Origin: an uncultured Bacteroidota bacterium
GTDB taxonomy: Bacteria > Bacteroidota > Ignavibacteria > UBA10030 > UBA6906
DNA length: 64,000 bases
NCBI GenBank assembly: GCA_963700635.1
Contig: CAVOYH010000003.1
Location: 1,248,001-1,312,000, forward strand
Reading direction: 5' to 3'
Notes under the pieces: model-generated
Seen by the model: the letters and a program-made list of their open reading frames with translations, nothing else
The model's database searches: none
Told to the model about the DNA's origin: nothing
Translations under genes and position numbers: made by a program
Shown here: one piece after another, positions 58,050 to 64,000 of the stretch
Position numbering within the stretch: the first letter of the stretch is position 1
Layout of the letters: each line of letters starts with the position of its first letter

Positions 58050-60053
58050 ATGAAAAGACCAATCGCCGTCCTGGCCCTGGCCATAGCCCTCGTTGCCTGC
58101 AATGCGCCGATCAAACAATCCGGTATTAATCTTTCGATGATGGACACCTCCGTCAGGCCTCAAGACGATTTCTACCGCTACATGAATGGTGCGTGGCTGG
58201 CAAAGTTTGACATCCCGTCTGACCGTTCAAACTACGGGATGTTTTCCCAGCTGGCGGACAAGGCTGAGACAGATCTGCGGGCCATCATCGAGGAGTCGGC
58301 GGCAAAGCAGGCATCTCCCGGTTCAGACCCCCAGAAAGTGGGTGATCTGTATGCAGCCTTTATGGATACCGTCCGTGCAGACCACCTCGGGCTTTCGCCC
58401 ATCACTTCTGATCTGGAACGTATCCGGTCAGCCGGTTCACGTGATGACCTTGTTCGCATCACCGCACAGAAGAGCCTTGACGGGACCAACACCCCCTTCT
58501 TCGTGTTTATCAACCAGGATGCAAAACACCCCACAAAATATGCAATTCATCTCTATCAATCAGGCATCAGTATGCCCGATAGAGACTACTATCTAAGGCA
58601 GGAGCCGCGCTTCGCGGATTTCAGGACGAAATTTCGTGCACACGTGCAGAAGATGTTCACCATGGCGGGGAGCGCCGATCCGGCGGGATCCGCAGAACGG
58701 GTGCTGCGGATCGAAACCGCCCTGGCCGGGGCACACTGGACAAACGTGGAAAACCGCAACCGCGTGAAGACCTATAACAAACTGGCAATCGCCGATCTCG
58801 GACAATCCTTTAATTGGCCTCTTTTTGTTTCCGAGGCGCAATGGAAGAGTACAGACAGTGTGATTGTGTATCAGCCATCCTACTTTACGGCATTCAATGC
58901 GCTCTTCGACACGTTGCCTCTGGACGATTGGAAGGCCTACTTCGCGTGGCATACGATTACGTCCTGGGCGCCGTATCTGAGCACCGACTACGTGAGCGAA
59001 GATTTTTCTTTCTTTGAGACCACACTCAAGGGAGTACCCGAAAACCGGCCGCGCTGGAAACGGGGAGTCGCCCTTGTGGAAAACCATCTCGGAGAAATTG
59101 TCGGCAAACTGTATGTCGAGAGGCATTTCCCGCCGGAAGCGAAGCAGAGAATGCTGGGCCTTGTCGGCAACCTGAAGCAGGCCTTCCGCGAACGCATCAA
59201 TACCGTGCAGTGGATGGGAGCGGAAACAAAAGCCAAAGCCCTCCAGAAACTGGAAAAGTTTAACGCGAAGATCGGCTATCCCGACACCTGGAAAGACTAT
59301 GCCGCGGTTTCGGTGAAAGCAGATGATCTTGTCGGCAGCATCCGGAGTGCGGCACACGCGACGTATGCCAGGGAGATGAAAAAGATCGGCAATCCGATCG
59401 ACCGCACAGAGTGGTTCATGACGCCACAAACAGTGAACGCATACTATAGCCCGAACATGAACGAAGTGGTCTTCCCCGCAGCGATCCTCCAGGCGCCGTT
59501 CTTCAGCCTGGCGGCAGATGACGCCGTAAATTATGGCGCGATCGGGGCGGTCATCGGACATGAGATGACGCACGGCTTCGATGACCAGGGCCGGATGTCC
59601 GATGGCGACGGAAACCTGACCGATTGGTGGACCGAAGGTGACGCCCGTGAGTTTACGAAACGAGCCGACGTTGTCGTAGCGCAATACGCCGGCTATTCAC
59701 CCATTGATACAATGAAAGTGAACGGCCCGCTTACGCTGGGCGAAAATATCTCCGACCTTGGCGGGCTCACCATCGCCTACTACGCGTACAACAAATCGCT
59801 GGGCAATGCGCCGTCACCAGTCATTGACGGCTTCACCGGTGAGCAACGATTCTTCCTGGGATGGGCGCAAGTATGGGCGCGCAAATACCGCGATGATGAA
59901 ATGCGCCGCCGTCTGCTCACGGATCCTCACTCTCCCAGTGAGTATCGTGCCAATGGCGTCGTCGCCAACATGCCCGAATTCTATTCGGCCTTTGATGTCA
60001 AGCCAGGTGATCGGCTGTGGCGGGAAGACACTGTGCGTGCACAGATCTGGTAA
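58050..60053 (+). CDS. M13-family metallopeptidase lipoprotein (PepO/neprilysin-like)
   Basis: LVAC lipobox; PQDDFY, VNAYY, HEMTHGFDDQG, GENISD and DPHSP motifs. Confidence 0.94.
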   Translation: MKRPIAVLALAIALVACNAPIKQSGINLSMMDTSVRPQDDFYRYMNGAWLAKFDIPSDRSNYGMFSQLADKAETDLRAIIEESAAKQASPGSDPQKVGDLYAAFMDTVRADHLGLSPITSDLERIRSAGSRDDLVRITAQKSLDGTNTPFFVFINQDAKHPTKYAIHLYQSGISMPDRDYYLRQEPRFADFRTKFRAHVQKMFTMAGSADPAGSAERVLRIETALAGAHWTNVENRNRVKTYNKLAIADLGQSFNWPLFVSEAQWKSTDSVIVYQPSYFTAFNALFDTLPLDDWKAYFAWHTITSWAPYLSTDYVSEDFSFFETTLKGVPENRPRWKRGVALVENHLGEIVGKLYVERHFPPEAKQRMLGLVGNLKQAFRERINTVQWMGAETKAKALQKLEKFNAKIGYPDTWKDYAAVSVKADDLVGSIRSAAHATYAREMKKIGNPIDRTEWFMTPQTVNAYYSPNMNEVVFPAAILQAPFFSLAADDAVNYGAIGAVIGHEMTHGFDDQGRMSDGDGNLTDWWTEGDAREFTKRADVVVAQYAGYSPIDTMKVNGPLTLGENISDLGGLTIAYYAYNKSLGNAPSPVIDGFTGEQRFFLGWAQVWARKYRDDEMRRRLLTDPHSPSEYRANGVVANMPEFYSAFDVKPGDRLWREDTVRAQIW

Positions 60054-60155
60054 CAATGGATTCGTGACACCCACACGTGTCGTAGTCCGGGGCGGCCACA
60101 GAGAGCCCCACAGACGTTGTCTCATATGAACATTCGAAACGACCCGGAGGTCTCC

Positions 60156-60548
60156 ATGAAAGCGGAAAGCCACATCACACTCGTTGGTATTCTGACTCTT
60201 GTACACAGCGGACTGCTAATGCTGGTCGGGTTGTTTTTGTTCATGCTCTTGATGGGGATCGGGATATTCACAAATGATACGGATGCATTGCTCGTCCTCA
60301 GCATCCTGGGGACGTTGGCGATTGTGATCATGTTCTTCGTAGCCATCCCCGGAATCATCGGAGGGATTGCGCTCTTACGCTATGCAGGCTGGTCTCGGAT
60401 ATTTATGATTGTCCTTGGCGCCCTCAAGCTCATCGACATCCCGTTCGGAACGGCTCTTGGCGTCTATACAATTTACGTGCTTTTGCGGCCGGATGTCATC
60501 CAGCTTCTCGATCCTCCGACCCAGGCTGCAGCCGCCAGGCCAAAATGA
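60156..60548 (+). CDS. Hypothetical membrane protein
   Basis: GGAGG RBS; 3-4 TM segments; PFGTALGVYTIYVL. Confidence 0.75.
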   Translation: MKAESHITLVGILTLVHSGLLMLVGLFLFMLLMGIGIFTNDTDALLVLSILGTLAIVIMFFVAIPGIIGGIALLRYAGWSRIFMIVLGALKLIDIPFGTALGVYTIYVLLRPDVIQLLDPPTQAAAARPK

Positions 60549-60634
60549 GGCCGGGAAAGACACCCCTTTGTCGCAGTTTCGACGGGGGTGTATCCGTCGA
60601 TTGCAAATAAGCTTCTTTGTCTATACATTACTGC

Positions 60635-60943
60635 ATGCGCTCCGTTTTCTGCATTCTGGCTTTGCTGGCCGGTCCCTGGCTTGCTCCGGCGTGGTACGCA
60701 CCGACGCTGGAGCTGGACCATCTGCGCGATGCGCAGCTTGTACCCGAACGGGTATTTGCTGAGCAGGGTGTTACCAGCCCCAAACCCATAGACGGTTATT
60801 CAGGCGATCAAGCCTCAGGCAGCAATCTCGGGTATCGTCCAGAGATACCCCGGCAGTACCCTGCCCGGGTGTTGACCTTTGAGGAGTTGCCGCATCCCAC
60901 GCGCCACCTCCTCATCAATGCCCACGCCTCTTCGTTTTTGTGA
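60635..60943 (+). CDS. Hypothetical protein with signal-like N-terminus (possible leader ORF)
   Basis: MRSVFCILALLAGPWLAPA; ATG 5 nt after a TTGCAA-17 nt-TACATT promoter-like element (60601-60629). Confidence 0.45.
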   Translation: MRSVFCILALLAGPWLAPAWYAPTLELDHLRDAQLVPERVFAEQGVTSPKPIDGYSGDQASGSNLGYRPEIPRQYPARVLTFEELPHPTRHLLINAHASSFL

Positions 60944-61010
60944 CGCTCCATGAGACAGGTACACACTCGTTGTTCTCTTAAACCTGTTCACATTCATGGA
61001 GAGTTCACAC

Positions 61011-61127
61011 ATGCAGCAATACGATGCGTCGACGCAGTCGGGGAAGCGCGTACTCCTCAATATCCTTGTCTTCATATTCGGCACTGTTATCCTGCTTCTG
61101 GCCATTAAGTTCCTTCTTAAAGTATAG
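61011..61127 (+). CDS. Unannotated 38-aa single-TM small protein (MQQYDASTQSGKRVLLNILVFIFGTVILLLAIKFLLKV)
   Basis: Translated by hand; GGAGAG RBS; hydrophobic helix; below the ORF-track cutoff. Confidence 0.62.
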   Translation: MQQYDASTQSGKRVLLNILVFIFGTVILLLAIKFLLKV

Positions 61128-61210
61128 CCGGAGCATCGAGCGGGATCTTCTCATGCGGTGAGTGGTAGGCAAGCACATAACTTGTAGTGACCCAACCAGG
61201 AACGGCCCGA

Positions 61211-62905
61211 ATGATCCCACGTGATGCTGTCATCGGCGTTGACTACGGCACTGATTCTGTCCGGACTTTGATCATCGATGCATCGGACGGGACAGAAATC
61301 TCCACGGCGGTGGAATACTACCCCCGCTGGGGGAAGGGATTGTACAGTGACCCGTCGGCCAATCGTTTCCGGCAGCATCCGTTGGACTATCTTGAAGGAC
61401 TGGAACACACCGTTCGTGCAGCCCTTGCCGGGGCGCCTGCCGGAACCGCTGAGAGGATTCGTGGCATTTCTGTAGACACGACGGGGTCCACACCTGTTGC
61501 GGTAGACAGCAGGGGGACCCCGCTTGCGTTAACGCCGGGATTCGAGGAAGATCCCGATGCGATGTTCGTTCTCTGGAAAGATCATAGTGCGGTGCTCGAG
61601 GCCGGCGAAATTAATCGTACAGCGAAGACCTGGGGCGGGACAGACTACACGATGTACGAGGGGGGAGTGTACTCGTCGGAATGGTTCTGGGCAAAACTTC
61701 TCCACATCCTCCGCACCAACCCGCGTGTCCGGCAGGCCGCGTACTCATGGGTCGAGCATTGTGACTGGATTCCCGGCGTCCTGACTGACAACACAGATCC
61801 GCGCACTCTGAAGCGGAGTCGATGTGCAGCCGGGCACAAAGCCATGTGGCACGCCGCATTCAACGGCCTTCCTTCCGAAGAATTCCTCGTTCACCTTGAC
61901 CCGTTGCTGAACGGTCTCCGCTCCCGCCTGTATACCGAGACCTACACAAGTGACACCCGCGCCGGAACACTCTCAACCTCCTGGGCCACCCGGCTGGGTC
62001 TGCCGGGAGGAGTCCCTGTAGGTATCGGAGCGTTTGATGCGCATATGGGTGCGATCGGCGGTGGAATCCGACCGTATGTTCTGACGAAAATAATGGGTAC
62101 GTCGACCTGTGACATGATCATCGTTCCGAACGAAGAGATGAACCAGAAACTGGTCAGAGGCATATGCGGTCAGGTGGACGGCTCCATCATTCCTGGAATG
62201 CTTGGCATGGAAGCCGGACAATCGGCTTTCGGCGATGTGTATGCATGGTTCAAGGATGTTCTGCTCTGGCCTGTCCATCAACTGGTGAGTTCGTCACCGC
62301 TGCTGGATCCCTCCATCAGCGCGAAACTTGTGGATGACACGGAGAACAGGATTATTGCAGCGCTCTCTGCCGCGGCAGCAGCCCTTCCGATTGAAGAGTC
62401 AGGCGTGCTGGCACTGGATTGGATGAACGGTCGCCGGACACCCGATGCAAATCAACTCCTCAAAGGGGCCATCACGGGAGTGAGTCTGGGCAGTGACGCT
62501 CCCCGGATTTTCAGGGCGCTGGTTGAAGCGACGGCATTCGGCGCGAGATTGATTGTAGACCGGTTCCGGGCGGAAGGTGTACGCATCGACGGGGTGATTG
62601 CACTGGGAGGCGTGGCAAAAAAGTCTCCCTTTATCATGCAGACCGTTGCTGATGTTCTGGGAATGAAGATCGCGGTGCCACGCTCTGAACAGACCTGTGC
62701 TCTGGGGGCCGCAATGTGTGCTGCGACGGCGGCCGGACTGTACCGGTCCATCGAAGACGCGGCGAAGGCGATGGAGAGTGGACTGGAACGCGAGTATGTT
62801 CCCGACGAGACCCGAAGAGCCCACTATGATACCCTGTACGCACGGTACAAGCGGCTGGGTGCGTTTATTGAACAAGACATTATGACGGAATCCACACCTC
62901 TATGA
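61211..62905 (+). CDS. araB: L-ribulokinase
   Basis: GVDYGTDSVR, FRQHPLDY, LWKDH, YSSEWFWAK, GICGQV and DWMNGRRTP motifs. Confidence 0.93.
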   Translation: MIPRDAVIGVDYGTDSVRTLIIDASDGTEISTAVEYYPRWGKGLYSDPSANRFRQHPLDYLEGLEHTVRAALAGAPAGTAERIRGISVDTTGSTPVAVDSRGTPLALTPGFEEDPDAMFVLWKDHSAVLEAGEINRTAKTWGGTDYTMYEGGVYSSEWFWAKLLHILRTNPRVRQAAYSWVEHCDWIPGVLTDNTDPRTLKRSRCAAGHKAMWHAAFNGLPSEEFLVHLDPLLNGLRSRLYTETYTSDTRAGTLSTSWATRLGLPGGVPVGIGAFDAHMGAIGGGIRPYVLTKIMGTSTCDMIIVPNEEMNQKLVRGICGQVDGSIIPGMLGMEAGQSAFGDVYAWFKDVLLWPVHQLVSSSPLLDPSISAKLVDDTENRIIAALSAAAAALPIEESGVLALDWMNGRRTPDANQLLKGAITGVSLGSDAPRIFRALVEATAFGARLIVDRFRAEGVRIDGVIALGGVAKKSPFIMQTVADVLGMKIAVPRSEQTCALGAAMCAATAAGLYRSIEDAAKAMESGLEREYVPDETRRAHYDTLYARYKRLGAFIEQDIMTESTPL

Positions 62906-63597
62906 GCGCCTACGCGGATCTTAAACACCAGGCCTGGGAGTCCAACCTGGAACTCCCCAGGGCAGGGCTCGTCACAAAGACCTTCGGGAATGCGAGTGTT
63001 TTGGACCCGGAACGGAAGGTCTTTGCGATCAAGCCCAGCGGCGTCCCCTTCGAGACACTACGACCGGAGGATATGGTTGTGGTTGATCTCCAGGGGAAGG
63101 TCGTGGAAGGCCGCCTCAGGCCCTCGTCTGACACGCGTACCCATGCCGTGCTGTATGATGCCTGGTCCGACCTCGGCAGCATCGTTCATTCCCATTCCGC
63201 GTATGCTGTTGCATGGGCACAGGCCATAAAACCCATTCCGGTTCTGGGAACGACACATGCAGACTATCTTGCGCAGGATATTCCGTGTACCGCCGTCATG
63301 GGGGATGACCGGATTGCAGGAGATTATGAAGTAGAAACGGGGCTCCAGATACTGCACACCTTTGAGAACATCTCGCACACGGTGGTCTCGATGGTCCTGG
63401 TTGCATGTCATGGTCCGTTTACCTGGGGTGCTTCGCCCGAAAAAGCGATCGAACACAGCATTATGCTGGAACAGATTGCCCGCATGGCTTTCCTGACATT
63501 GCAGATCAACCCGGATACACCACGACTAAAAGAAACGTTGCTGCGGAAACACTTTGAACGTAAACACGGCTCTGCTGCATACTACGGCCAGAAGTAA
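62902..63597 (+). CDS. araD: L-ribulose-5-phosphate 4-epimerase
   Basis: TFGNAS, IKPSGV, PSSDTxTH, HSHS, GTTHADY, HGPFTWG and HFERKHG..AYYGQ motifs. Confidence 0.93.
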   Translation: MSAYADLKHQAWESNLELPRAGLVTKTFGNASVLDPERKVFAIKPSGVPFETLRPEDMVVVDLQGKVVEGRLRPSSDTRTHAVLYDAWSDLGSIVHSHSAYAVAWAQAIKPIPVLGTTHADYLAQDIPCTAVMGDDRIAGDYEVETGLQILHTFENISHTVVSMVLVACHGPFTWGASPEKAIEHSIMLEQIARMAFLTLQINPDTPRLKETLLRKHFERKHGSAAYYGQK

Positions 63598-63621
63598 GCC
63601 CTTCACGAGGAGGAATATTTA

Positions 63622-64000
63622 ATGAAGAATCTGCCGATCATCACGATGGGACTGCTGGCAGTGAGCAGGGACTGTTTTCCCATTGAGTTATCCCGGAAGC
63701 GACGGATGGAGGTGGCGGCTCAGTGCGTAAAACTCGGGATCGGGGTGGTTGAGCTGGAAACAATCGTCGAGAATGACAACGATGTGGTTCGCGCATTGAA
63801 GGAGATCCAAAAAAAGAACGTGAATGCGCTGACGTTGTACCTCGGCAATTTTGGTCCGGAAGGCCCTACGACGCTTCTTGCACAGAAGTTTGGCGGACCG
63901 GTAATGCTTGTCGCGGCGGCGGAAGATTCGGGTAAAGATCTGTATGGAGGTCGCGGTGACGCATATTGCGGGCTCCTGAGCGCATCGTATAATGCCGGAC
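63622..64000 (+). CDS. L-fucose/L-arabinose isomerase family protein (3'-truncated by the window)
   Basis: GAGGAGG RBS; translated by hand: MKNLP...VSRDCFP...YLGNFGPEGP...RGDAYCGLLSASYN; open to the window end. Confidence 0.8.
   Translation, partial: MKNLPIITMGLLAVSRDCFPIELSRKRRMEVAAQCVKLGIGVVELETIVENDNDVVRALKEIQKKNVNALTLYLGNFGPEGPTTLLAQKFGGPVMLVAAAEDSGKDLYGGRGDAYCGLLSASYNAG

Noticed and set aside
58593-59684. 363-aa minus-strand ORF
   Set aside because: Antisense shadow of the M13 peptidase gene.
1-64000. tRNA, rRNA, known riboswitch, IS or prophage
   Set aside because: None was recognisable by eye. A covariance-model scan would be needed to exclude small RNAs.

Overview
Gene-dense bacterial chromosomal window, probably from a non-Bacteroidia FCB-group anaerobe (Ignavibacteria-like). 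This is inferred from T9SS/FlgD-type C-terminal domains, TonB and beta-barrel genes, and canonical TTGACA-type promoters. Left to right: two multiheme c-type cytochromes and ccmF; a long co-directional metabolic cluster (ferredoxin, methionine gamma-lyase-like enzyme, four-subunit 2-oxoacid:ferredoxin oxidoreductase, two half-ferritin-like proteins, beta-decarboxylating dehydrogenase, HMG-CoA-lyase-like enzyme, family III CoA transferase, two-subunit LeuCD-like aconitase, OsmC, HemN); a beta-propeller sensor kinase with a NarL-type regulator and a degenerate receiver; a sugar kinase/nucleotidyltransferase pair and an MFS transporter; gpmA and a trehalose cluster; two URO-D-family genes, one coupled to an orphan Pycsar-type TM effector; a MocR regulator and aminotransferase; a split-Soret-like cytochrome with a T9SS-type tail; MarR, LacI/ribokinase, serA, a putative glycoside hydrolase, a DEAD-box helicase and typA; an OMP, a lipoprotein/TonB receptor/T9SS-cargo cluster and an FKBP; a GH3 remnant, an SSS symporter, an M13 peptidase and an ara-type pentose operon cut by the window end. 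No rRNA, tRNA, CRISPR array or transposase was recognised. The best candidate for an undescribed system is the 5.3-15.2 kb cluster. It looks like a 2-oxoacid chain-elongation pathway made reversible by replacing the synthase with a CoA transferase plus lyase, and it sits next to a 2-oxobutyrate source. All product calls come from motif recognition only; no database search was run.
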